Assembly (NCBI GenBank): GCA_963845515.1
Contig: CAWJSR010000035.1
Span: forward strand, 1-64,000
DNA length: 64,000 nucleotides
Source: an uncultured delta proteobacterium
Lineage (GTDB): Bacteria > Myxococcota > Myxococcia > Myxococcales > Anaeromyxobacteraceae
Direction: 5' to 3'
A program made the translations under genes and the position numbers. The stretch's first letter is position 1. Each line of letters opens with the position of its first letter. The notes beneath the pieces are model-generated. The model did not search any database, was not told the origin of the DNA, and saw only the letters and a program-made list of their open reading frames with translations. This document shows, one piece after another, positions 40,704 through 49,997 of this stretch.

Positions 40704-41801
40704 ATGACCTCCAGCTCCGCCAGCGACGTGCGGCTGATGAAGGGGAACGAGGCGCTCGCCGAGGCCGCGCTTCGCGCCGGGATGAAGGCCTACTTCGGCT
40801 ACCCGATCACGCCGCAGTCCGAGGTGCTCGAGTACCTGGCGCTGCACTCGCGGGAGCACCCCGGGACGGTCGTGCTCCAGGCGGAGAGCGAGATCGCCGC
40901 GATCAACATGGTCTTCGGCGCCGCCGGCGCCGGCGCGCGGACGATGATCAGCTCCTCCAGCCCCGGCATCAGCCTCATGCAGGAGGGGCTGTCCTACATG
41001 GCCTGCTCCCAGCTCCCGGCGCTCGTGGTGAACGTGCAGCGCGGCGGACCCGGGCTCGGGACGATCCAGCCCTCGCAGGCCGACTACCACCAGGCGGTGA
41101 AGGGGGGCGGCCACGGCGACTACCGGCTCATCGTCCTCGCGCCGGCCTCGGTGCAGGAGCTGGTGGATCACGTCTTCCTCGGCTTCCAGCTCGCCGAGCG
41201 CTACCGGAACCCGGCGATGATCCTGGCCGACGGCGCGCTCGGGCAGATGATGGAGAAGGTCACCCTCCCCCCGGCCGGCAGCCTCCCCCACGTGGCGCCG
41301 CCGTGGGCGACCACCGGCAAGCCGAAGGACCGTCCCCGCAACGTGGTCCTCTCCGTCTTCATCCAGCCAGAGCGGATGGAGCAGCAGAACCTGCTGCTCC
41401 AGGAGAAGTACCGCGTGATCCGCGAGGCCGAGCCCCGCTGCGAGCAGCTGCGCATGGAGGACGCCGAGATCGCCCTGGTCGCGTTCGGCCTCTCGGCCCG
41501 GATCTGCCAGAAGGCGATGGACCTCGCCCGCGAGAAGGGGATACGGGCCGGGCTCATTCGCCCGATCACGCTCTTCCCCTTCCCGTCGGGGGTGCTCGCG
41601 CGCGCGGCCGGGACGGCGCGGACCTTCCTCACCGTGGAGCTCAACGCCGGTCAGATGGTCGAGGACGTCCGGCTCGCCGTCGACGGGCGCCGGCCGGTGG
41701 AGTTCACTGGCAGGATGGGCGGCATGGTCCCGAGCCCGGACGACGTGCTGGCGAAGATCGAGGAGCTGGCCGCGCGGCTCGGCTCCCGCGCCGGCGCCTG
41801 A
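40704..41801 (+). CDS. vorB: 2-oxoacid (3-methyl-2-oxobutanoate):ferredoxin oxidoreductase, VorB-type alpha subunit
   Basis: LMKGNEALAEAA, FGYPITPQSE, QAESEIAA, SSSSPGISLMQE, RGGPGLG, GGGHGDY; start uncertain (40704 or 40737). Confidence 0.9.
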   Translation: MTSSSASDVRLMKGNEALAEAALRAGMKAYFGYPITPQSEVLEYLALHSREHPGTVVLQAESEIAAINMVFGAAGAGARTMISSSSPGISLMQEGLSYMACSQLPALVVNVQRGGPGLGTIQPSQADYHQAVKGGGHGDYRLIVLAPASVQELVDHVFLGFQLAERYRNPAMILADGALGQMMEKVTLPPAGSLPHVAPPWATTGKPKDRPRNVVLSVFIQPERMEQQNLLLQEKYRVIREAEPRCEQLRMEDAEIALVAFGLSARICQKAMDLAREKGIRAGLIRPITLFPFPSGVLARAAGTARTFLTVELNAGQMVEDVRLAVDGRRPVEFTGRMGGMVPSPDDVLAKIEELAARLGSRAGA

Positions 41802-41810
41802 GGAGAAGCC

Positions 41811-42578
41811 ATGGAGCGCACCGCGGCACCGGATGGGATGGAGGTCGTCTTCGAGCGGCCCGCGTCGCTCGTGGCGACCCCGACCCACTACTGCCCCGGC
41901 TGCGGCCACGGCGTCGTCCACCGCGCCCTGGCGCAGGCGATCGACGCGCTCGGGATCCAGTCCACCACCGTCGGCGTGGCCCCGGTCGGCTGCTCCGTCT
42001 TCATGTACGACTACCTCGACATCGACATGCAGCAGGCGGCGCACGGTCGCGCGAGCGCCGTCGCCGCCGGCGTGAAGCGTGTCCTCCCGGACCGGATGGT
42101 CTTCTCGTACCAAGGGGACGGGGATCTCGCGGCGATCGGGACCGGGGAGACGCTCCACGTCGCGAACCGCGGCGACGACATCCTGATGCTCTTCGTGAAC
42201 AACGCCATCTACGGTATGACCGGCGGCCAGATGGCCCCGACGACGCCGCTCGGCATGAAGACGACGACGACGCCCTTCGGCCGCGAGCCGGCCACGTCCG
42301 GCTACCCGCTCAAGATCACCGAGCTCGTGGCCCAGCTGCCGGGCACCTGCTACGTCACCCGCCAGGCGGTCCACACGGTCGCGGCGGCGCGCCGGCTCGA
42401 GAAGGCGATCGAGCGGGCCTTCCGGCTCCAGGCGGAGCGGCGCGGCACCTGCTTCATCGAGGTCGTCTCCGCCTGCCCGTCGGGCTGGAAGATGACGCCA
42501 CGCGAGGCCAACGCCTGGGTCGAAGAGTCCATGCTGAAGGAGTACCCGCTCGGCGACATGAAGGTGCCGACACCGTGA
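41811..42578 (+). CDS. 2-oxoacid:ferredoxin oxidoreductase TPP-binding beta subunit
   Basis: HYCPGCGHG, PVGCS, HGRA, YQGDGDLAAIG, NNAIYGMTGGQMAPT. Confidence 0.92.
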   Translation: MERTAAPDGMEVVFERPASLVATPTHYCPGCGHGVVHRALAQAIDALGIQSTTVGVAPVGCSVFMYDYLDIDMQQAAHGRASAVAAGVKRVLPDRMVFSYQGDGDLAAIGTGETLHVANRGDDILMLFVNNAIYGMTGGQMAPTTPLGMKTTTTPFGREPATSGYPLKITELVAQLPGTCYVTRQAVHTVAAARRLEKAIERAFRLQAERRGTCFIEVVSACPSGWKMTPREANAWVEESMLKEYPLGDMKVPTP

Positions 42579-42594
42579 GGGAGCGTCTCGCGCA

Positions 42595-43140
42595 ATGAGC
42601 CTGACGGAGGAGATCGTCATCGCGGGCTTCGGCGGCCAGGGAGCCCTCTCGATGGGGCAGCTGGTGGCGTACGCGGCGCTGGACGAGGGCAAGGAGGTCA
42701 GCTGGATGCCCTCCTACGGCCCGGAGATGCGCGGCGGGACCGCCAACTGCATCGTGATCGTCTCCGGGGACCGGATCAGCTCCCCCATCGTCACCCGCTT
42801 CGACGGCGCCATCGTCCTGAACCAGCCGTCGCTGGAGAAGTTCGAGCAGGCGCTGCGCCCCGGTGGGCTCCTCCTCTACGAGCGCTCGACCGTGACCACG
42901 CCCCCGTCGCGGAGCGACGTCGAGATCCTCGGGATCGACGGGGTCGCAGAGGCCCAGCGGCTCTCGTCGAAGCAGGTCGCCAACACGGTGCTCCTCGGCG
43001 CCTACCTGGCCCGCCGTCCGGTCGTCTCGGCGGCGTCGGTCGTGCGGGCGCTCGCGAAGGTGCTCCCCCCGCACCGGCAGCACCTCGTCCCGGTGAACGA
43101 GCAGGCGCTCGCGCGCGGGGCGGAGCTGGCGGCCCGCTAG
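42595..43140 (+). CDS. 2-oxoacid:ferredoxin oxidoreductase gamma subunit
   Basis: AGFGGQG, PSYGPEMRGGTANC. Confidence 0.92.
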   Translation: MSLTEEIVIAGFGGQGALSMGQLVAYAALDEGKEVSWMPSYGPEMRGGTANCIVIVSGDRISSPIVTRFDGAIVLNQPSLEKFEQALRPGGLLLYERSTVTTPPSRSDVEILGIDGVAEAQRLSSKQVANTVLLGAYLARRPVVSAASVVRALAKVLPPHRQHLVPVNEQALARGAELAAR

Positions 43141-43179
43141 CGCACCGCCCTTGCCTCCACCGCCAGCCCCGGAGCCGAC

Positions 43180-44164
43180 ATGTTCCGTGCCCTCCTCATA
43201 GAGAAGACCGACGCTAGCCAGCAGGTTCGGGTCGCCCAGCTCGACGACGCCCAGCTCCCGGACGGTGACGTCACCGTCCGGGTCGAGTGGTCCACGCTCA
43301 ACTACAAGGACGCGCTCGCCATCACGGGCCGCTCGCCGGTCGTGCGCCGGTTCCCGATGGTCCCTGGGATCGATCTCGCTGGCGTCGTCGAGGCGAGCTC
43401 CCACGCGGGTTTCCGCGCTGGGGACCGGGTCGTCCTCAACGGCTACGGGATCGGCGAGAGCTCCTTCGGCGGGCTCTCCGAGCGGGCGCGCGTGAAGGGG
43501 GAGTGGCTCGTGCCGCTCGCGCCGGCGATCTCGACCCGGCAGGCAGCGGCAATCGGCACGGCGGGCTACACGGCGACGCTCGCCCTCCTCGCGCTGGAGC
43601 GGCACGGGCTTCGGCCCGGCGCCGGCGACGTGCTCGTGACCGGAGCGGCCGGCGGCGTAGGGAGCGTGGCGATCGCGCTCCTCGCGAAGAACGGTCACCG
43701 GGTGGTCGCCTCCACCGGACGGCGTGCAGGAGGCGGAGTACCTGAAGGCCCTCGGCGCGGCGGAGATCATCGACCGCGCGACGCTCTCGGCGCCGGGGAA
43801 GCCGCTGCAGAAGGAGCGCTTCGCCGGCGTCATCGACAGCGTCGGCAGCCACACGCTGGCGAACGCCTGCGCCCAGGTCCGGCAGGGCGGCGCGGTGGCG
43901 GCCTGCGGCCTCGCTGGAGGCATGGACTTCCCCTCCACCGTCGCCCCGTTCATCCTCAGGGGCGTCGCGCTCTACGGCATCGACAGCGTGCAGGCGCCCA
44001 TGGACCGCAGGATCACGGCGTGGGCCCGGCTCGCGACCGACCTGGCCCCATCCCTGCTGGAGTCGATGACCCGGGAGATCGCCCTCGGCGACTCCATCGC
44101 TGCCGCCGAGGAGCTGCTCGGCGGGCGAGTCCGTGGAAGGTTGGTGGTGGACGTCCGCCGCTGA
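43180..44164 (+). CDS. acuI: Acryloyl-CoA reductase AcuI/YhdH (MDR family); frameshift at ~43722
   Basis: [51 protein letters not shown] in the second frame. Confidence 0.9.
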
Positions 44165-44185
44165 TGGGTGATGGAGGTTCAGGCC

Positions 44186-44318
44186 GCGACATTTTGTCGC
44201 CGCAATCCGCGCACCTGTTACTTCAATGGGTTGCAGCAGAATGTCGCAGTGCGTTACCCCGCCGGTCTTCCCTACAATCCGGCGGGATGTTAGCAGACGC
44301 GCGGGCACGTGTACCGCA
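44186..44318 (+). promoter_or_regulatory. Putative sigma54 promoter with upstream palindromic activator site and IHF-like site
   Basis: GCGACA-TTT-TGTCGC (44186-44200), CTTCAATGGGTTG (44221-44233), GG-CACGTGTACC-GC (44304-44317). Confidence 0.5.
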
Positions 44319-44439
44319 AAGCCGCGGGGAAGGCGTTGACCCTCTCTCGAAATGAATCTCTGACCTGTCTGGACCGGGAAGGCGACCAGCTAGCATCGAC
44401 GGGCTGGCGCCGAACTCGAGCCTGCGGAGGCCAAAACAG

Positions 44440-45723
44440 ATGACGAATCGCAAGGGTTGGATCGTAACGCTCGCCGGCATGGGCCTCAACCTCGCCCTCG
44501 GCATCCTCTACGCGTGGTCGGTCTTCAAGAAGGCGATGGTCTCCCCCGTCTCCGACGGCGGCTACGGCTGGACGAACCAGGCGGCGACCCTCCCGTACAC
44601 GGTCGCGATCGCGATGTTCGCGCTGATGATGATCCCTGCCGGCCGCCTGCAGGACAAACTCGGCCCCCGGGTCGTCGCGATGACCGGCGGACTGCTCACT
44701 GCCACGGGACTCATCATCGCCAGCTTCTCGAGCCCCGAGAGCCCCCTGCCCGCGATCATCGGCTTCGGCGTCTTCGCCGGCACCGGCTTCGGGCTCGGCT
44801 ACGCCGCGAGCACGCCGGCGGCCATCAAGTGGTTCCCACCCGAGAAGAAGGGGCTCATCACCGGCCTCGTCGTCGCCGGCTTCGGGATCGCCCCGGTCTA
44901 CATCTCGCCGGTCTCCAAGGTGCTGCTCGCCAACTACGGCATCGCGATGTCGTTCCGGATCCTAGGCGTCGCCTTCGCCGTCACCGCGACCCTCTTCTCG
45001 TCCATGATCCGGAACCCGGAGAAGCCGCTCAACGTTGCCAAGCCCGGCGTCTCCAAGACGTCCTTCGGCGGCGACAAGACCTGGCGCGAGATGGTCAGGA
45101 CGCCGTTCTTCTACATGATCTGGCTCCAGTACGCGTTCGCCGCCACCGCGGGCCTGATGATCATCGGCAACATGGCGAGCATCGTGACGGCGCAGTCGGG
45201 CGGCGCGCTCAAGGCCCAGGCGGCCATGTTCGTCGCGCTCCTCGCGATCTTCAACGCCAGCGGCCGCGTCATCGCCGGGGTGCTCTCCGACTACATCGGC
45301 CGGATCGTGACGCTCGCGCTGGTCTCCATCAGCCAGGCGTCCGTCCTCCTCTTCTTCCCGCGCTTCACCACCTTCGGCGAGTTCGTCGTCGGCGCGGCGG
45401 TCGTCGGCTTCAGCTACGGCGCGTGCCTCTCGATCTTCCCGTCGATCAACGCCGACACCTGGGGCACCAAGAACATGGGGCTCAACTACGGCGTGCTCTT
45501 CACGGCGTGGGGCGTGGGCGGCGTCTTCGGCCCGATGCTCGCGGCCAGGATCGTCGACGCGACCGGCTCGTACCAGACGGCCTACAACGTGGCGTCGATG
45601 CTGCTGCTCGTCTCGTTCTTCCTCGCCATGCTCAACTACGTTCAGGTGGAGTTCGACGTCGCGCAGCGTGAGGTCACCATCCGGCTCGGCAACAAGAAGG
45701 TCGCGGCCGAGAAGGCCGCCTAG
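44440..45723 (+). CDS. OFA-family (oxalate/formate/monocarboxylate) MFS transporter
   Basis: LALGILYAWSVF, GRLQDKLGPR, KWFPPEKKGLITG, GTKNMGLNYG. Confidence 0.9.
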   Translation: MTNRKGWIVTLAGMGLNLALGILYAWSVFKKAMVSPVSDGGYGWTNQAATLPYTVAIAMFALMMIPAGRLQDKLGPRVVAMTGGLLTATGLIIASFSSPESPLPAIIGFGVFAGTGFGLGYAASTPAAIKWFPPEKKGLITGLVVAGFGIAPVYISPVSKVLLANYGIAMSFRILGVAFAVTATLFSSMIRNPEKPLNVAKPGVSKTSFGGDKTWREMVRTPFFYMIWLQYAFAATAGLMIIGNMASIVTAQSGGALKAQAAMFVALLAIFNASGRVIAGVLSDYIGRIVTLALVSISQASVLLFFPRFTTFGEFVVGAAVVGFSYGACLSIFPSINADTWGTKNMGLNYGVLFTAWGVGGVFGPMLAARIVDATGSYQTAYNVASMLLLVSFFLAMLNYVQVEFDVAQREVTIRLGNKKVAAEKAA

Positions 45724-45866
45724 CTCGGCGCGGGGACGCCACGTTTCCCTCCCGTCCGCGGGAGTGGCCGTGGCAGGATGACCGTGAGCTCGCCCCCGGC
45801 GGGACGTCGCAGCGACGGCGTCCCGCCGGACCGTTTACGGAGTCGATCTTCCACGAGGAGTCCCTG

Positions 45867-46286
45867 ATGCTGACCGCCATCTCGCTCGCGACGCTGCTCG
45901 CTGCCGCCCCAGCCGGCAACGCGCGGCTCGACCACGGGAGCGCCACGGAGATCACCCTGCGGCTGACCTCCTTCGAGACGGAGCGTGTGGCGGTGCCGAA
46001 GCGCGGGACCTTCACGTCGGTCGAGCTGCTCTACCGCTCCCCGAAGGGCGACCGGCTGGACCTCCGGTTCCTCTACCGGGCGCCCGGCGAGATCCCCGCG
46101 AAGAACCTCACCTCGGTCACCGCTCAGAGCGCGAAGGGGGGGCTGTCGAGCTGGACCCCGGCCAGGAAGTCCGGCTGCCGCGTGAAGCTCTACGCCGCGA
46201 CCGAAGACGCCGTGTCCGGCAAGATCGAGTGCACGGCGCCGGAGAGCGGCGAGCCGTTCGACGCAGCGTTCGACGCGAAGAAGTAG
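45867..46286 (+). CDS. Hypothetical exported protein
   Basis: GAGGAG RBS, signal peptide, Cys pair, typical codon bias. Confidence 0.65.
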   Translation: MLTAISLATLLAAAPAGNARLDHGSATEITLRLTSFETERVAVPKRGTFTSVELLYRSPKGDRLDLRFLYRAPGEIPAKNLTSVTAQSAKGGLSSWTPARKSGCRVKLYAATEDAVSGKIECTAPESGEPFDAAFDAKK

Positions 46287-46296
46287 GGCAGCGCAC

Positions 46297-46336
46297 CGTC
46301 ACCCCTGCCCTCTGCCACGCTGGGGGAGAGGTGAGG
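46297..46336. repeat. REP-like palindrome (copy 3), inside the 3' end of the trmJ-like gene
   Basis: TCACCCCTGCCCTCTGCC...GGGGGAGAGGTGAGG. Confidence 0.55.
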
Positions 46337-47039
46337 CCAGCGCCTTGAGCGCGGTCTCCCAGAGCTGCGCCTCCCGCCGCCCGAGCCGCGCGCGCCGCAG
46401 CGCGTCCATCAGGTCCCGCACCGCGTGGCGCTCCGGACCGCGCAGGAACCCGCCTCCGCGCAGCGCCCCGCGCAGCGACTCCTCGATCCGCGAGAGCTCC
46501 GCGTCGGTGGCCCCGGTCGCCGGACGGGACGCGCCGGTCGGCGCGCGCTCGGCCCGGCGGAGGGCGCGCCGGGCCTCGTAGGCGTAGACCAGGACGGCCT
46601 GCGCGAGGTTCAGGGACGGCTGCTCGGCCTCCGTGGGGATGACCGAGAGATCGTGGCAGCGCTGCACCTCCGCGTTGGTCAGGCCGCTCCGCTCGTCGCC
46701 GAAGACGATCGCCGTCCGCCCCTCGCCGGCGCGCGCCACGGCCTCGGTCGCCACCTCCTCCGGCGAGAGCAGTCGCTTGCCGCGGACGCGGCGAGAGCTG
46801 GTCCCCACCACCCACGCGCAGTCCGCGACAGCCTCGTCGATGGTGCGCACCAACCTCGGCCGATCGAGGAGCTCCTCGGCGTGCACGGCGACCCGTCGCA
46901 TGGCTGCGAAGTCGTTCGTCCCCAGCTCTGCGATGGCCCAGTCGGAGAGCCCGAAGTTCTTCATCGCGCGTGCGGCGGCGCCCAGGTTCTCCGGGTTGCG
47001 GGGCCGCAGGAGGACGATTCGAAATGGGGAGGCAGGCAC
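46299..47039 (-). CDS. trmJ: SPOUT RNA methyltransferase (TrmJ/LasT family)
   Basis: NPENLGAAARAMKNFG, VVGTS, VFGDERSGLTNAE, SLNLAQAV. Confidence 0.9.
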   Translation of the reverse strand: MPASPFRIVLLRPRNPENLGAAARAMKNFGLSDWAIAELGTNDFAAMRRVAVHAEELLDRPRLVRTIDEAVADCAWVVGTSSRRVRGKRLLSPEEVATEAVARAGEGRTAIVFGDERSGLTNAEVQRCHDLSVIPTEAEQPSLNLAQAVLVYAYEARRALRRAERAPTGASRPATGATDAELSRIEESLRGALRGGGFLRGPERHAVRDLMDALRRARLGRREAQLWETALKALASPLPQRGRGQG

Positions 47040-47221
47040 GAGGGGACTCTAACGCAGAGCGGCGTACCTCCGAGCCAACGCCGGGCCACGGCGCGCCATG
47101 AGCCAGGCAGCGCCATTTGGGTTCGAGGTTTGTCCCCGATCAAGGCAGGTCCTGGGGGTGGGCGAGTAGATTGCCGCCCTACTTTCCCCACATCCGGGAC
47201 CATCGTCCGCTAGGAGAATCC

Positions 47222-47806
47222 ATGTCGCACGTCAAGAGGCTCGCTCTCGCCCTGGTCGCGGTGGCTCCCGCCGCCGCCTTCGCCGCCGGAGGCCACGACG
47301 CCGTCGGCTGCACCGGCTGCCACTCCATCCACGCAGCCAAGGGCGCCATCATCTTCGCGGTCGGCCCGAACAAGGTCGACGTGAACCCGAAGACCAAGCA
47401 GCCGTACACGGGGATCACCGCGCTCTGCCTCGGGTGCCACCAGGAGTCGAACAAGGGCGGCCAGGGCTACGCGCCGGTCCACTCCAACATGAGCCACCCG
47501 TACGGCATCGACAAGATCAACGCCAAGATCGCCAAGGTTCCGGCGGAGCTCGTCGGCGACAACGGCAGCTTCAGCTGCATGGGCTGCCACGATCCGCACC
47601 CGTCGAACCCGTACTACAAGTACCTTCGGGTCGACACCGCCAAGGGCGCGAAGATGGACAACTTCTGCGCGGCCTGCCACCCCATCAAGGCTGACGACGC
47701 TGCCCAGGCCGCTGGCAAGAGCGGCTTCTACACCTCGATGGACGAGACGGGCTCGCGGGTGATGAAGGCCTCCGGCGCCGCCCCGGCCCCTGCGAAGAAG
47801 AAGTAG
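47222..47806 (+). CDS. Periplasmic tetraheme c-type cytochrome
   Basis: AGGAG RBS, signal peptide, CTGCH, CLGCH, CMGCHDPH, CAACH. Confidence 0.9.
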   Translation: MSHVKRLALALVAVAPAAAFAAGGHDAVGCTGCHSIHAAKGAIIFAVGPNKVDVNPKTKQPYTGITALCLGCHQESNKGGQGYAPVHSNMSHPYGIDKINAKIAKVPAELVGDNGSFSCMGCHDPHPSNPYYKYLRVDTAKGAKMDNFCAACHPIKADDAAQAAGKSGFYTSMDETGSRVMKASGAAPAPAKKK

Positions 47807-47833
47807 TAGTCGCTCCAGCGCAGGGCAGGATCC

Positions 47834-47868
47834 GAACCCCCGGGCCGCCTGGCCCGGGGGTTCTTCTT
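47834..47868 (+). terminator. Rho-independent terminator
   Basis: Perfect 13-bp stem GAACCCCCGGGCC-GCCT-GGCCCGGGGGTTC followed by TTCTT. Confidence 0.8.
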
Positions 47869-47869
47869 C

Positions 47870-48619
47870 ATGAACCTCTTGTTGCTCGAACCATCGGAGC
47901 TCTCCGCTGACGGGACCGCCCGGGTCTGCGGCCGGCGCGCGCTCCACGTCTCGGCGGTCCTGCGCGCGGTACCGGGAGACCGGATCCTGGTGGGGGTCAT
48001 CGACGGCCTGATGGGCGAGGCTGAGGTTCGCTCCATCACCGCGGAGCAGGTGCTGCTCGCGCCGACGCTCGACCGACGGCCCCCTCCCCCGTCTCCGGCC
48101 TCGCTCCTGCTGGCGCTCCCGCGCCCGAAGACCCTTCGCAAGGTGCTCCAGTGCGCCGCCGCGATGGGGGTGAAGCGGATCGCCCTCGTCGGGAGTTACC
48201 GCGTCGAGAAGAGCTACTTCAAGTCCCCGCTGCTGGAGCCGCAGGCGCTGCGAGAGCAGCTGCTCCTGGGGCTCGAGCAGGGTCGGGATACGGTCCTGCC
48301 CACTGTCTCCATCGATCGGTACTTCAAGCCGTTCGTCGAGGACGTGCTGGATGGCATCTTCCCGCCGGGGCTACGGCTCGTCGGCCACCCGGTCGATGCA
48401 GCGCCGATGGAGGCGCTCGCCGGCGCAGGCGGCAGCGAGGCGGTCATCGCCATCGGCCCCGAGGGAGGGTGGACGCCCTACGAAGTCCAGGCGTTGCAGG
48501 GGCGCGGCTTTCTCCCGTACTCGATGGGGCCCCGTCCCCTCCGCGTGGATCAGGCGGTCCCGTTCGCCGTCGGGCAGGCGGAGATGCTGCTCCGAGCCCT
48601 CCGGCACGACCCCGCATGA
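47870..48619 (+). CDS. rsmE: 16S rRNA m3U1498 methyltransferase family
   Basis: LLLALPRPK, AMGV, RVEKSY, GLEQGRDT, IGPEGGW, LRV. Confidence 0.88.
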   Translation: MNLLLLEPSELSADGTARVCGRRALHVSAVLRAVPGDRILVGVIDGLMGEAEVRSITAEQVLLAPTLDRRPPPPSPASLLLALPRPKTLRKVLQCAAAMGVKRIALVGSYRVEKSYFKSPLLEPQALREQLLLGLEQGRDTVLPTVSIDRYFKPFVEDVLDGIFPPGLRLVGHPVDAAPMEALAGAGGSEAVIAIGPEGGWTPYEVQALQGRGFLPYSMGPRPLRVDQAVPFAVGQAEMLLRALRHDPA

Positions 48620-48689
48620 TTCCTCCCACGGTGGGATGCACCCTCCATCTCGAAGGCGCAAGGATGATGCATCGGGGAAGGAGAAGGCC

Positions 48690-49379
48690 GTGCGGTTCCT
48701 CTGTCGGCTGGAGGGTGGGCGTGCGCTGGCGCGACGGCTCGAGCATCTGCGGGGTGAGGGACGCAACGTGGTCCTGCTCGCGCTGCCGCGCGGCGGGATC
48801 CCGATCGGCTACGAGGTCGCTCGCTCGCTCGGTCTCCCGCTGGAGGTGTTGCTGACGCGGCGGCTCGCGACCCCGGGGATCAACGCCGCGACTCTCGGCG
48901 CCGTCGCCGAGGGAGGGACCGTGGTCGTGAACGACGCGGCCGTCCGCGAGCGTGGCGTCCTGCCAGAGATCGTCAGCGCCCTGACCGAGGCGGCCACCCG
49001 AGCGCTCCGGCGCGACGTCTCCGTGTATCGCGGGGAGCGCCCGCTCCCGCGCGTCGAGGGGCGCTCCGTGGTCCTCGTGGACGACGGGATCACGACCGGC
49101 GGAACCTCGGTGGCGGCGGCGAGGGCGCTCCGCAAGCGCGGCGCACGGCGGATCATCGTCGCCGTGCCGGTGGTGGGTCCAGGCGCGATCGAGCTGGTCC
49201 GCCGCGAAGTGGACGAGCTGATCTACCTGCAGGCGCCAGCGGAGCTCATCGGCGTCGGCTACTGGTACACGCGCCGTGGGCTCTCGGAGGACCAGGCGCT
49301 GTCGCTGATGGCGCGCGCGCGCCGGGAGCTGGGCGAAGCGGTCACGCAGCACGGCTGGGCCGCAGCCGGCGCTCCCTAG
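48690..49379 (+). CDS. Phosphoribosyltransferase family protein
   Basis: LALPRGGIPIG, VVLVDDGITTGGT, VAVPV. Confidence 0.88.
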   Translation: MRFLCRLEGGRALARRLEHLRGEGRNVVLLALPRGGIPIGYEVARSLGLPLEVLLTRRLATPGINAATLGAVAEGGTVVVNDAAVRERGVLPEIVSALTEAATRALRRDVSVYRGERPLPRVEGRSVVLVDDGITTGGTSVAAARALRKRGARRIIVAVPVVGPGAIELVRREVDELIYLQAPAELIGVGYWYTRRGLSEDQALSLMARARRELGEAVTQHGWAAAGAP

Positions 49380-49451
49380 TGGCTCGATCCGGACCAACTC
49401 GGAGCTCGCACCCTGGCGCGGGAGGGACGGGCCCGCGCCAGGGTGGAGCCC

Positions 49452-49853
49452 CTAGCGTCCCCCCCCGGCCAGCCAGATCAGGAGACGTCGCTCGTCGATG
49501 GGCTTCTGCAGCGTCTGGCAGGCGCCGGCCCGGCGAAGCTCGAAGGCGTTCTCGTCGCGCCCCGACACCCCGAGGACGGGCGCGTCGCGGAGCCGCGAGT
49601 CGCTCGAGGAGCGCAGGCGGCGAACCAGCTCGGAGCCGCTCATGTCGGGCATCGTGTGATCGACGATCCAGGCGTCGGGCGGGTCGACGGCTGCCAGCTC
49701 CAGCGCTGCCTCGCAGGACTCTGCGGTCAGCGGGATGTAGCCGTTGGACTCGAGCGCCAGCGAGAGGAGCGCGCGGAGCGTCGCGTTGTCCTCGACGAGC
49801 AGGATCCGCCGTTGCGATCCCGTCTCGTTGAGGTGTCTCGACGCGTCGTGCAT
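49452..49853 (-). CDS. Single-domain response regulator
   Basis: ILLVEDN, D..MPDMSG, LGVSG, QKP. Confidence 0.85.
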   Translation of the reverse strand: MHDASRHLNETGSQRRILLVEDNATLRALLSLALESNGYIPLTAESCEAALELAAVDPPDAWIVDHTMPDMSGSELVRRLRSSSDSRLRDAPVLGVSGRDENAFELRRAGACQTLQKPIDERRLLIWLAGGGR

Positions 49854-49997
49854 GCCTGACCTTGACCGAAAGTAACACCGGCCACGCGACACGAGAAGTA
49901 CCGTGATCGAGCTACGCGACCTCGCCACACCGCCGCACCGCCGGGCGCCGGCGCGCCTCGCCGGCCCCAGCAGTCCGCGACCCCGTGGGGTGGGGCG

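Noticed and set aside
44300..44420. c-di-GMP-I riboswitch suggested by CGCAAAGCCGCGGG
   Set aside because: The upstream GGCAAA/GNRA P2 element and the downstream tetraloop receptor are missing; a sigma54 reading fits better. An Infernal scan with RF01051 would settle it.
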